Source: Polyangiales bacterium
GTDB lineage: Bacteria; Myxococcota_A; Polyangia; Polyangiales; Polyangiaceae
Direction of reading: 5' to 3'
Length of the DNA: 64,000 bases
Assembly (NCBI GenBank): GCA_038230375.1
Contig: JBBRNJ010000051.1
Span: 1 to 64,000, forward strand
A program made the translations under genes and the position numbers. Shown in pieces: positions 1 to 9,489 of this stretch (position 1 is the stretch's first letter; each line of letters starts with the position of its first letter). A model generated the notes under the pieces. That model ran no database searches, was not told the DNA's origin, and was given only the letters and a program-made list of their open reading frames with translations.

Positions 1-182
1 CCTCGACGTCGACCTCGACCTCGAAGCGGCGATGCGCGACAAGGGTGTACGCTGCCCGCGTGCGATCCTCCCTTCGCAGATCGTCCTTGATCGTGGTCGG
101 GGGTGTCGCGTGCGGGGTGGTGGAGATGGAGGGTCTGACGCCACCGACTAACGAGTTACGTCGAGCCCGAGACCGTCAACGC

Positions 183-300
183 CGAGGTCGCCGTCGAAGT
201 CGAAGTCGAAGTCGTTGTCGAAGTCGAAGTCGAGGTCGAGGTCGTTGTCGAAGTCGAGGTCGAAGTGGAAGTCGAAGTCGAGGTCGAGGTCGAGGTCGTT
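183..300. repeat. Degenerate hexamer tandem array (GTCGAG/GTCGAA/GTCGTT), intergenic
   Basis: About 19 consecutive GTCGNN-type units directly downstream of the gpsA stop. Confidence 0.9.
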
Positions 301-314
301 GTGTCGTCCCGTTA

Positions 315-1385
315 TCAGACCGGCTTCACGGCCTTCAGCATCGTCGACTCGAACTCGGGGCCTAGCTCGCGGCCCATGAGATCTTTCACGGCGTCGAGCG
401 CCGGCTTGTCCTCATAGAGGACCTTGTAGACCTCGCGGGTGATCGGCATGTCGAGCCCCATCTTCAGGGAGAGATCGTAGACGCTCTTCGTGGTCTTCAC
501 GCCCTCTGCGACGTGGCCAAGGCCCGCGAGGATGTCGGCGAGCTTGCGTCCCTTGCCTAGCTCCATGCCGACGGTGCGGTTTCGCGAGAGATCGCCCGTG
601 CACGTGAGTACGAGGTCGCCCATGCCTGCGAGCCCCGCAAGCGTGATGGCGTGACCGCCGCGAGCGTGGGCGAGCTTCGCGATCTCTGCGAGGCCGCGCG
701 TGATGAGCATCGCGCGCGTGTTGTGACCAAAGCCCAGGCCGTCGGCTGCGCCAGCGGCGATCGCGATGACGTTCTTGAGTGCACCGCCGCACTCCACGCC
801 CACGATGTCGTCCGACGCGTACGTGCGGAAGTAGCTCGCGTGGAACCGCTTCATCACGTCCTGCTGGACGCCCTCGTTCTTGGACGCGATCACGACGCCG
901 GTGGGCAGCTCGTTCGCGAGCTCCTTCGCGAAGCTGGGTCCGGACAGGAACGCCAGGTGACTGCGATGGTCGGGCAGCTCGTTGGCGAGGATCTCGTCGA
1001 TGAACTCGAGCGAGTCGTTCTCGATGCCCTTGGTCGCGCTCACGATCGGAACGCCGCGCGGGAGCGAACGCACGGCAAGCTTTGCCACCTCACGCGTGCC
1101 GTGGCTCGGGCACACGAAGAGCACCATCGTGGCGCCGCTCACGGCCTCCTCTATGTCGTGGGTCGCCGACAGCGCATCGGGCAAGCGCGCCGTGGGAAGA
1201 TACTTCTCGTTCGTTCCGGTCGCGTTTATCTGATCGGCGAGCTCCTTGCGCCGACACCACACGACGGTCTCGTCACCTTTGCGGGCCACGACGGTCGCAA
1301 GCGCCGTCCCCCATGCCCCGCCGCCCAGCACCGCAACCTTGCGGGAACGGTCTCCCCGGTCTGCTCTACCTGCCCTGTCTGCCAT
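315..1385 (-). CDS. gpsA: NAD(P)H-dependent glycerol-3-phosphate dehydrogenase
   Basis: VLGGGAWGTALA Rossmann motif, ATKGIE, LSGPSFA, GGALKNVIAIAAG, GDLVLTC..SRN. Start trimmed to ATG 1385 within the 601-aa ORF. Confidence 0.95.
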   Translation of the reverse strand: MADRAGRADRGDRSRKVAVLGGGAWGTALATVVARKGDETVVWCRRKELADQINATGTNEKYLPTARLPDALSATHDIEEAVSGATMVLFVCPSHGTREVAKLAVRSLPRGVPIVSATKGIENDSLEFIDEILANELPDHRSHLAFLSGPSFAKELANELPTGVVIASKNEGVQQDVMKRFHASYFRTYASDDIVGVECGGALKNVIAIAAGAADGLGFGHNTRAMLITRGLAEIAKLAHARGGHAITLAGLAGMGDLVLTCTGDLSRNRTVGMELGKGRKLADILAGLGHVAEGVKTTKSVYDLSLKMGLDMPITREVYKVLYEDKPALDAVKDLMGRELGPEFESTMLKAVKPV

Positions 1386-1430
1386 GATCGTCGAGCCTAC
1401 AATCAAATCGGGGTATAGTCCCAAGGCTCC

Positions 1431-2486
1431 GTGAGACCAAACGTTCGCTTCATCATCGTCGGCCTCTTCCTCGGCCTCCCCGCAACCGGCTGCGCGTCCT
1501 GTCAGCAGGATGCCGTCTGCTCCATGCGCGGGACCATCAACAATCCCGAGAACAAGACGATGCGCCGTCAAATGTTGCAGAAGGGCCTCGGCCAGTTCTG
1601 TCAGCAGATGACCACGCGCAACGCGCCGCTGAAGCTCGCGCCGGAGTCGCCGGTCATTGGCCGCTTCTACCCGAAGGACTGCCACATGAAGGAGCTGCCC
1701 AACGGCGACCTCTTCGTGGAGTTCGGCGGCTTCGGCTACGGCTACACGAACATCTCCAAGCGTATGAGCTTCACCATGTCCGGCGCGGTCGAATACAACC
1801 AGGACTTCCTGGTCGCCAAGGACGAGTGCGACATCTACGCGTACTTCCGGACCAAGAACGTCGCGTCGTCGAACTTTGCCATCAAGCAGATCGAGCAGCC
1901 CGTCGCGTCGTTCCTCAGCGCGCTCTCGCCCATCGCCCAGAACTTCGGGCAGCAGCTCGTCTCGGGAAAGCTCGCAGATGGCTTCACGGTCATTCACGAC
2001 CACGAGAACAACGACGATTTCGACATCGGCCTCGTGGAGCTTGGCAAGCGGCCCCTGCACCCGTATGACGTTCACGGAAATAACCGGATCACCGTGGAAA
2101 ACCTGCGCACAGAGGTGCACCAGAACCAGCGCGACTTCGTGGGTCCCATCACGATCGCGGACAGCGGCCGCGCCCTCTTCTTCACGGGCGGCATGGATGG
2201 GACGCAGGCGATCGACCTCCTCGTCTACACGCAGGAAGCCGGCGATAACGCCCTTGCGCTCTACACGAACTACGCGCAGTCAGGTCCCATCCCCGCGCCG
2301 CCCGTCTTCACGGACGTCATGCCGGCTGGGCAGGGCTACAACCGGACTATTCCGCTGGCGAAAGGTGTCTACTACCTCGTGCTGGACAACACGCCATCTG
2401 CCGGCCCAACCATGCCGGCCGTGAACGCGTTCGACGATCGCGCCGCCGTGGTCAGCTACGCCCTCCAGATCGGGGACGCGCCGTGA
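1431..2486 (+). CDS. Hypothetical secreted protein or lipoprotein
   Basis: Hydrophobic N-terminus followed by TGCASC; protein-like composition; stop overlaps the lepB start (GTGA). Confidence 0.8.
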   Translation: MRPNVRFIIVGLFLGLPATGCASCQQDAVCSMRGTINNPENKTMRRQMLQKGLGQFCQQMTTRNAPLKLAPESPVIGRFYPKDCHMKELPNGDLFVEFGGFGYGYTNISKRMSFTMSGAVEYNQDFLVAKDECDIYAYFRTKNVASSNFAIKQIEQPVASFLSALSPIAQNFGQQLVSGKLADGFTVIHDHENNDDFDIGLVELGKRPLHPYDVHGNNRITVENLRTEVHQNQRDFVGPITIADSGRALFFTGGMDGTQAIDLLVYTQEAGDNALALYTNYAQSGPIPAPPVFTDVMPAGQGYNRTIPLAKGVYYLVLDNTPSAGPTMPAVNAFDDRAAVVSYALQIGDAP

Positions 2487-4030
2487 AAGAAGCGGAGCCG
2501 GAGACCGTCGACACAAAAGAGTCGAAGCCCGAATCGTCGTCGCCCGAGTCGAAGTCGAAGTCGGAGTCCGAGTCGTCGTCCGAGTCGAAGTCCGAGTCGT
2601 CGTTGACGTCGGAATCGAAGTCCGAGTCGAAGTCCGAGTCCGAGCAGTCCGACCGAGACGCGGACCGCGCATCAGAGCCCAGCGGTGGCGTGGCGGCGGC
2701 CGTTCTCGCCAAGCCGGTCGCGGAGGTCTCCGATGGCTCCGGCATGAAGGGCCTCTACCGCTCCCTCTACTGGGTGCTCTGGTTCGGCGTCGTCCCGTTC
2801 TCCTTTGGCTGCATCCTGGTGTGGGCGCTCACGCCGGCCTCGGGCGTGGAGCAGCTCGGTGCGCTTGGCTGGATCCAGTCTGTGGTGCGCGAGCAGCCGG
2901 TGCCTGTCGGCATCGTCCTCTTCACCTTCGCCGAGATGACGCTGTGGGCGCTGCGCTTCCGGCTTCCGCTGGCGCGCTTCGCAAATCCGCCGCCGCCAGC
3001 AGGCGTCCCCATGTCGATGTCTTCCGCATACGAGCGCGCGCGCGTGCTCTGCGAGGAGGCGGACATCATCTTGAAGCGCAATGGCGCGGACCTTGGGGCC
3101 CGCGAGCGCAAGAAGCTCGAGGAGCAGCTGGACGAGCTCCGCGCCACCATGCAGAAGACGCCTTTTGCCGAGGAGCCGTTCCTGGAGGCGCTCTCGCGCG
3201 CCGAAGAAGAGGTGGAGCTCCGCCTCAACCGCTGGCGAAAGAGCGAGGTACGTGAGTACGTCGAATCCATCGCGGTGGCCGTTGGCGTCGCGCTCTCCCT
3301 GCGCGCGTTCGTGGTGGAGGCGTTCAAGATCCCGAGCGGCAGCATGATTCCCACGCTGCAGATCGGCGATCACATCTTCGTGAACAAGTTCGCCTACGGC
3401 CCCGCCATCCCGTGGACACGCTCGCGCCTGTGGCAGAGCATGCCGCCGGAGCGCGCCGACGTGATGGTGTTCCTCTATCCCGAGCACACCGAGCAAGACT
3501 TCATCAAGCGCGTGATCGCTCTGCCCGGTGACGAGCTCCGCGTTCACTCCGGCCATCCGATCATCAACGGCTGGGAGGTCCCGAGCTGCCTCGTGGGCAC
3601 GTACTCCTACTCGGAGACGGAGTCACAGCTGAAACACGAGGGCGATCTCTTCGTCGAGTATCTCGGCGACGAGTCCTACCTCACGCTCTACGATCACATG
3701 TCGTTCGGCTCTGCCGAGTCGCAGGGGCCGTACTACGTGAAGCCCGGCGAGGTCTGGGTCATGGGCGACAACCGCAACAACAGCCACGACTCGCGCGCTT
3801 GGTGGAACGGGCAGGGCGGCGGAGTGCCGTTCGACTTCATCAAGGGCCGCGCCCTCTTCGTCTGGCTCAGCATGGCGGACACCGGCGTCGACTGGAGCCG
3901 CCTAGGCGCCCCCGTCATGGGTCGTCCACGTCTGCCCGCCGCCATGAAGAACCTGGAGCCCGCGATGGACAAGTGCATGCGCGACCGTCCTTCGATGGAC
4001 AAGACGACGCCGCCTGCGCCGAAGCAATGA
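2483..4030 (+). CDS. lepB: Signal peptidase I with long N-terminal extension
   Basis: IPSGSMIPTLQIGD (catalytic Ser), DFIKRVIALPGD (catalytic Lys), MGDNRNNSHDSR; N-terminal Glu/Ser/Lys repeat and TM helices. Confidence 0.93.
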   Translation: MKEAEPETVDTKESKPESSSPESKSKSESESSSESKSESSLTSESKSESKSESEQSDRDADRASEPSGGVAAAVLAKPVAEVSDGSGMKGLYRSLYWVLWFGVVPFSFGCILVWALTPASGVEQLGALGWIQSVVREQPVPVGIVLFTFAEMTLWALRFRLPLARFANPPPPAGVPMSMSSAYERARVLCEEADIILKRNGADLGARERKKLEEQLDELRATMQKTPFAEEPFLEALSRAEEEVELRLNRWRKSEVREYVESIAVAVGVALSLRAFVVEAFKIPSGSMIPTLQIGDHIFVNKFAYGPAIPWTRSRLWQSMPPERADVMVFLYPEHTEQDFIKRVIALPGDELRVHSGHPIINGWEVPSCLVGTYSYSETESQLKHEGDLFVEYLGDESYLTLYDHMSFGSAESQGPYYVKPGEVWVMGDNRNNSHDSRAWWNGQGGGVPFDFIKGRALFVWLSMADTGVDWSRLGAPVMGRPRLPAAMKNLEPAMDKCMRDRPSMDKTTPPAPKQ

Positions 4031-4272
4031 GTGCGAGCCACGTCACGCGAATCGCGTTCTGCATCGTCTGCGCGCTCGGAGCGCTTGCTCCGATCGTGGG
4101 CTGCGGCACGCTCGAGGCCAGCGCCGCGAAAGATCCGATGAAGTGCGAGCGCGACCCGAAGTGCAAGAAGAACGACAAGGCGAACGACTGCTCCACGCAG
4201 TGCGCCGACGACCCCGCGTGCGTGGACCGCTGCCGGGAAATCCAGACCCAAACGGGCACGATGAGTCGCTGA
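4027..4272 (+). CDS. Small Cys-rich lipoprotein (81 aa)
   Basis: ATGA overlap with the lepB stop; signal ending IVGC; six further Cys (CERDPKC, CSTQC, CVDRC). Confidence 0.75.
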   Translation: MSASHVTRIAFCIVCALGALAPIVGCGTLEASAAKDPMKCERDPKCKKNDKANDCSTQCADDPACVDRCREIQTQTGTMSR

Positions 4273-4306
4273 GGTCGAGGTCGAGGTCGAGGTCGAGGTC
4301 GAAGTC
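4271..4306. repeat. (GAGGTC)n hexamer array between convergent genes
   Basis: Six units fill essentially the whole gap between two converging stop codons. Confidence 0.9.
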
Positions 4307-4307
4307 T

Positions 4308-4835
4308 TCAAGACTTTCCTCCCTGCGGTCGGGCGTCTCGCACAAGGTCCTCGCCCTTGGGGCTCGTCCGCATGTTCATGATCGCCTTGCGCCGCGCCTG
4401 CTCCAGCAGCGGGGCCAGCTCCTTCGTCGTCTTGCCACCAAACGTCCGTGCGATCGCGTGCTCCTCGCTCTCCTTGTGCTCGATGATCAGCTGTCCGTCG
4501 CGCTCGTAGATCCGCGCGATGTCGTCCCACGGCACGGCCTGCTGTCCACTGTGCAGCGACAGATGCAGCGACGTCTCGCCGATGGCCACGTAATGATCCA
4601 CGAAGAGGAAGCGCGGCAGCGTGACGAAGCCAGTCACCAGCCCGAAGAGCAGCGCGATGGCCCCGATCACGGCGCACGTGATCCTCGCGCCGCTCGGAAA
4701 ATGCAGACGATCGGAGAGACCCGTCAGCAACAGCAGAGTTGCGCCAAGCGCGATGGCCAGGCCGCCCCGCACCAGCGCACCCTGAAGGCCGACGTCGTCC
4801 GCGCGGAACCAGCTCGAGTAGCGCTCGGTCGTCAC
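4308..4835 (-). CDS. Hypothetical membrane protein (2 TM plus possible PH-like domain)
   Basis: GTG start with TACGAT 6 nt upstream; two hydrophobic helices, then VPWDDIARI. Confidence 0.7.
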   Translation of the reverse strand: MTTERYSSWFRADDVGLQGALVRGGLAIALGATLLLLTGLSDRLHFPSGARITCAVIGAIALLFGLVTGFVTLPRFLFVDHYVAIGETSLHLSLHSGQQAVPWDDIARIYERDGQLIIEHKESEEHAIARTFGGKTTKELAPLLEQARRKAIMNMRTSPKGEDLVRDARPQGGKS

Positions 4836-4891
4836 CGCGCGATCGTAGTGTCGATGTCGCGGGCCGTAAAGCGGGCGCCACGTGTTCCCGC

Positions 4892-5536
4892 TCAGAGCAT
4901 CTCGTAGACATCCGCCATGAGCTGCGGCTCGCGCTCGAGGCCCGCTGGCGTGGTCGTCTCGTAGCTTGCCAGGAGCCGGAACTCCGCCTTTGGGAAGTAG
5001 GGCCGCCGGGGATCGGACGCGAGCACCCGCGCGCCGCCCTTGCGAGCCGCTGACAGCACGCGAAGGAACAGATCGCTGGTCGCGCGGTCGTAGAAGACGT
5101 CTGCCGCCAGGACGGTGAGCCCGCGCGCTTGGTCGATGTCGCAGGTCACGTCGTCGCCGATCGTCAGGTCGACGCCGTTCGCGTCTGCGTTCAGCGCGGC
5201 GGCTGCGCGCGCGAACGGGTCGGAGTCCACGGCACATGCGCTCGTCGCGCCACGCACGATGGCTGCGATCGCCACGAGGCCGCCACCGCAGCCAAGGTCC
5301 AGCACGCGCGCCTCTGGCGCTGGCGCATCCAGCAGCCATCGTGCAAGCGCCTGTCCCCCTGGCCATGCGAAGGCCCAGAACGGCGGAGGCACGTCGCGCG
5401 CGCGCAGCCATGCCTCCGTCGCGAGCCACAGCGGCGTGTCCTCCCTTGCCAGGTGAAGCGAGATCTCGGGCACCAGGCCTGTGGTCCCAAGGGTCGTGTG
5501 CGCGCGGACGAACGCCGCGTGGGTTTGTTCACTCAT
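4892..5536 (-). CDS. Class I SAM-dependent protein methyltransferase (PrmA/Nnt1-like)
   Basis: PPPFWAFAWPGG, VLDLGCGGG, AADVFY. Confidence 0.88.
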   Translation of the reverse strand: MSEQTHAAFVRAHTTLGTTGLVPEISLHLAREDTPLWLATEAWLRARDVPPPFWAFAWPGGQALARWLLDAPAPEARVLDLGCGGGLVAIAAIVRGATSACAVDSDPFARAAAALNADANGVDLTIGDDVTCDIDQARGLTVLAADVFYDRATSDLFLRVLSAARKGGARVLASDPRRPYFPKAEFRLLASYETTTPAGLEREPQLMADVYEML

Positions 5537-5582
5537 GATCGCCCGCACCGGAACTTTTGGGGGCACGCGCGGTCAAGTGCGC

Positions 5583-7037
5583 ATGGCCCTCCGCCCGCAC
5601 GCGAAGAACGTCGCTCACAATCCGCGCTCATCGGATTTCTTCTGCGCCATCGAACCTTGTGAGGGCTCGGGAGCGGAGTCGGCAGGTCCCGAGGAGGGCC
5701 AGGGCGCGCCGAACGCCGCGGTGGTGACGCTCTTCTGGGGCAGCACGGTGGTCGCGATGCGGACGTTCACCCGCGGCAAGCGCGTGTCCGTTGCGGATCT
5801 GGGCATCATGGAAGACATCGCAGGCCCGTCCTTCGAGATCAAGGAGGACGCGCGCGGCGTGACCATCCACACTCCTCATGGCGACGCGGTGCCGCGTGGA
5901 TTTCGCATGCGCATGCTGTGCTCGGACGGCGTCGCAAACGTGGCGGCGAGCCGTCGCGCGACGACCCTCACGCTGGTATGCGAGGCCGTGACGCTGGAGA
6001 GCGCCAAGCTCGGCGCTTTGCTGCCGGATGCGCGCGGCCGCGCCTTATCCGTGCTCGCGATCGCCTTCTTTCCACTGCTGCTCGGGATCTTCCGCGTGGG
6101 TGCGCCGCCACCGGGCGCGCCGGAGGACATGGAGGCGCACCTCGAGCGCATCACGTTCCTGCAGACCGCGCTCGCCGAGGCAGACAAGCGCACGGAGAAG
6201 GCGCCGCCCGTCCCGGACGACAACACCGACAGCAGCGGCGTGAGCCCCGCGCGCGGCGGAACGGGCGGCTCAAGCGCCGGTGAAGAGGGGAGTCAGGGCG
6301 CGACCGCCTCACGGAGCGAGCTGGGTCTGGCGCGCGCCGAGCAGCGCAAGAGCGCGCCGCCGAGCGTCAAGGAGATCGCGGAGGAGGCGAAGACCTTCGG
6401 GATGATCTCCCTCCTGGACAAGGACGACAAGAATGCGCGGCCCGCGTCCGCGTTTGCCGCCTTCGACATGGACGCGGCCAATGGCGGCCTCCGCGGCGAC
6501 ATCTTCAAGGACGCATTCGGCATGGGCTCGGACGGACTGTCTGGCGTGGGCGAGGGCGGCGGTGGGTTGGGCGGCGGCGTGGGCATCACGCAGATCGGCG
6601 GGCTGGGTCACGGCAACTCGAGCGCGACCACGGATGGCTCGATGGGCGGCCAGGGCTTCGGCAGGGCTGGAGGCCATCTCCGCGAGCATCCCACGAAGGT
6701 GACGTACCAGTTCATCTCGGGCGACTACATGACGCAGGTGAACGGGCGTCTGCCACCCGAGAGCGTGCGCGACGTGGTGCGGGCGAACTTCGGACGTCTC
6801 CGCGGCTGCTACGAGGAAGCGCTGCTCCGGAAGCCAGAGCTGGAAGGGCGCGTGAACGTGAAGTTCGTGATCGACCGCAGCGGCGTCGTGTCTGTCGCGG
6901 AGCTAGCCGAGAGCACGACGTTGGACGATACCAAAGCAACGTCGTGCATAGTTGCACAATACAAACAAATGACGTTCCCCGAGCCTTCAGGCGGCATCGT
7001 CACTGTTGTCTACCCGGTGGTCTTCTCGCGAGGCTGA
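5583..7037 (+). CDS. AgmX/PglI C-terminal (TonB-C-like) domain protein, GltG-like
   Basis: TM helix, Gly-rich linker, C-terminal VRANFGRLRGCYEEAL..LEGRVNVKFVI..FPEPSGGIVTVVYP. Start uncertain (5481-5808). Confidence 0.8.
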   Translation: MALRPHAKNVAHNPRSSDFFCAIEPCEGSGAESAGPEEGQGAPNAAVVTLFWGSTVVAMRTFTRGKRVSVADLGIMEDIAGPSFEIKEDARGVTIHTPHGDAVPRGFRMRMLCSDGVANVAASRRATTLTLVCEAVTLESAKLGALLPDARGRALSVLAIAFFPLLLGIFRVGAPPPGAPEDMEAHLERITFLQTALAEADKRTEKAPPVPDDNTDSSGVSPARGGTGGSSAGEEGSQGATASRSELGLARAEQRKSAPPSVKEIAEEAKTFGMISLLDKDDKNARPASAFAAFDMDAANGGLRGDIFKDAFGMGSDGLSGVGEGGGGLGGGVGITQIGGLGHGNSSATTDGSMGGQGFGRAGGHLREHPTKVTYQFISGDYMTQVNGRLPPESVRDVVRANFGRLRGCYEEALLRKPELEGRVNVKFVIDRSGVVSVAELAESTTLDDTKATSCIVAQYKQMTFPEPSGGIVTVVYPVVFSRG

Positions 7038-7059
7038 GCTGCTGGGTGCGCCATCGTCC

Positions 7060-7986
7060 TCAGTCCGGGATGGGGCCGAGCGCGCCGCGGTTCACGTCGT
7101 TGATCGCCTGCTCGATCTCCGCAACCGTGTTCATCACGAACGGTCCGTAGGCAACAACCGGCTCGCCGAGCGGCTCACCCGACAGCACGATGACGTGCGC
7201 GTCCTCCTCCGCCACCAGCTCGAGGCTCGGCGCGTCGTTCGCGAAGAGAATGAGCTCTCCTGCGCCCGCGGTGGAGTTGCCTGCGCGCACGCGGCCCTTC
7301 GCCACGACCGCGAGCGCATTGAAGGTCGACGGGATCTTCACCGGCAGCTTTGCCCCTGCGGTGAGCTCCGCGTCCAGCATGGTGATCGGCGTGAACGTCC
7401 GCGCGGGTCCGCGTGCTCCTTCGTGCTCGCCCGCGATCACGCGAACGTGCCCGCCGCCTGTCACCGGCACGCGCGGGATGTCCGCGCTGGTGATGGGTTG
7501 GTAGCCGGGCTTCGTCATCTTGTCCTTGCTGGGCAGGTTCACCCAGAGCTGCATCATGTGCATCCGGCCGCCGCCGCGGGTGAAGGCCTCCTCGTGGTAC
7601 TCCTCGTGAAAGATGCCGGACGCGGCCGTCATCCATTGCACGTCGCCGGGGCCGATGGTGCCCGCGTGGCCCGCGTTGTCGCGGTGAGCCACGGCGCCCT
7701 CCCAGGCGAGCGTCACGGTCTCGAAGCCGCGATGCGGATGAAAACCAACGCCGCGCTTTCCCTTGGGCGTGGGTGCGAACTCCTTCGGCGGGCCGTAGTC
7801 CATGAGGACGAATGGGCTCACGCGTTCGGCGGGCAGCTTCTCGCTCGGGAAGTAGGTGGACACGAAGAAGCCGTCGCCCACCCAGTGGAAGCGCGCGCTC
7901 TTGTGGATGCCCTCCACCGAACGAACGCCGCCCGTGGTGTTGGTCGCGGTCGCGGTCGTGGTCGTGGTGACGGTCTCGGTGCTCAT
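7060..7986 (-). CDS. Pirin family protein
   Basis: HPHRGFETVT, VQWMTAASGIFHEE, QLWVNLP, YGPFVMNT. Confidence 0.93.
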   Translation of the reverse strand: MSTETVTTTTTATATNTTGGVRSVEGIHKSARFHWVGDGFFVSTYFPSEKLPAERVSPFVLMDYGPPKEFAPTPKGKRGVGFHPHRGFETVTLAWEGAVAHRDNAGHAGTIGPGDVQWMTAASGIFHEEYHEEAFTRGGGRMHMMQLWVNLPSKDKMTKPGYQPITSADIPRVPVTGGGHVRVIAGEHEGARGPARTFTPITMLDAELTAGAKLPVKIPSTFNALAVVAKGRVRAGNSTAGAGELILFANDAPSLELVAEEDAHVIVLSGEPLGEPVVAYGPFVMNTVAEIEQAINDVNRGALGPIPD

Positions 7987-8079
7987 GCGCTCAAGGTAAG
8001 CCTGCCTTCGAGATGCGCAAACCCCGCATTGGACGCGCCCATACAACAGACTGTCTCGCCAACGCGCTATGCTCCTGTG

Positions 8080-9489
8080 ATGCAGAGGAACGTCAAGCTC
8101 GTGGTCTCCGCGCTCCTCTCCGGCAGCTTCGGGATGGCGTTCCTTGCGTGTGGCTCCGATTCCCAGCAGGCGGACGGCAACGATGCCTCTGCGGATGATG
8201 GTGCCACCGCCGACGCCAGCGCAGCGACTCCCGACTCGGGCGCGGTGAAGGATGGATCGGGCGTCGACGCCACCACCGCCGACTCCGGCGATGCGGGTCG
8301 CTACACGCCGGTGTACTTCGCAGTGAACCACGTGCTGTCCACCGGCCAGAGCTTGTCCGTTGGTGCCCTGGGCACGCCCGTCCTCAGCACCACGCAGCCG
8401 TATGCGAACCTGATGTTCGATGGCGGCGTGGCCGTGAGCCCGCTCGTGCCCGCGCCCACGTTCACGTCGCTGGTGCCGCTCGTGGAGGGGCCTTCGGTGG
8501 AGACCATGTCGAGCGCGCTCGCAAACGAGGCGACGAAGCTCGGGCAAGAGCAGTTCTTGAAAGGGCTGCCTCCGCCGAACGACACGCACGTCCTGCTCCT
8601 CAGCGTGCATGGCAAGAGCGGCACCGCGTACGTCGGCATCAAGAAGGGCACCCAGGCCTATGCGAACGGCATTGCGCAGGCGACCGGCGGCAAGGCGCTC
8701 ACGGCCGATGCCGGCCTCTCGTACGTGGTCCGCGCCGTCACCTCGGTGCACGGCGAGTCCGACGACATCGCGAAGAACCTCACCTACGAGGCGGACCTGG
8801 TCGAGTGGCAGCACGACTACGAGACCGACGTGACCGCGATCACGGGGCAGACTCTCCCGATCCCCATGCTCCACACGCAGATGAGCTCGTGGACCGCGCT
8901 GAACACCGGGCTCAACACCAGCCCCGTGGCCATGGCGCAGCTCTCCGCGCACGTGAACCACCCCGGCAAGATCGTCCTGGTGGGGCCGAAGTACTTCCTT
9001 CCGTACGTGGCCGACGGCGTCCACCTGACGAACGACGGCTACGCATTCATGGGCGAGTACTACGCGAAGGCCTACGCGCGCATCATCTTCGAAGGCAAGC
9101 CTTGGGAGCCGCTGCGCCCGCTCTCCGCCGCGCAGGCCGGCACGAAGATACGTGTAGTATACAAGGTGCCCGCGCCGCCGCTCGTGCTCGACACGGTGGC
9201 CGTGACGGACCCTGGGCACAACGGGTTCGAGTACACGGACGACAGCGGCGCGCCCGCCGTGATCACCGCCGTCGCGCTGGATGGACCGGACGCCGTGGTG
9301 CTGACGTTCGACAAGGCGCCCGCGGGCCCGAACAAGCGCGTTCGTTACGCGTACACCGGGACCACGGGCGCGAAGGGCGGGGCGACCACGGGGCCGCGCG
9401 GCAATCTCCGCGACTCCGACGCCACGCCCTCACGCACGATGCATGCACTCTACAACTGGGCCGTGCATTCCGAGACGCCAGTTCCCTGA
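8080..9489 (+). CDS. Lipoprotein with SGNH/sialate O-acetylesterase-like carbohydrate esterase domain
   Basis: Lipobox FLAC; GQSL, HGESD and DGVH motifs matching the GQS/QGE/DxxH blocks. Confidence 0.75.
   Translation: MQRNVKLVVSALLSGSFGMAFLACGSDSQQADGNDASADDGATADASAATPDSGAVKDGSGVDATTADSGDAGRYTPVYFAVNHVLSTGQSLSVGALGTPVLSTTQPYANLMFDGGVAVSPLVPAPTFTSLVPLVEGPSVETMSSALANEATKLGQEQFLKGLPPPNDTHVLLLSVHGKSGTAYVGIKKGTQAYANGIAQATGGKALTADAGLSYVVRAVTSVHGESDDIAKNLTYEADLVEWQHDYETDVTAITGQTLPIPMLHTQMSSWTALNTGLNTSPVAMAQLSAHVNHPGKIVLVGPKYFLPYVADGVHLTNDGYAFMGEYYAKAYARIIFEGKPWEPLRPLSAAQAGTKIRVVYKVPAPPLVLDTVAVTDPGHNGFEYTDDSGAPAVITAVALDGPDAVVLTFDKAPAGPNKRVRYAYTGTTGAKGGATTGPRGNLRDSDATPSRTMHALYNWAVHSETPVP

Noticed and set aside
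45..365. Arg/Ser-rich ORF and other readings of positions 1-310
   Set aside because: Translation of the repeat; no recognisable protein in any frame
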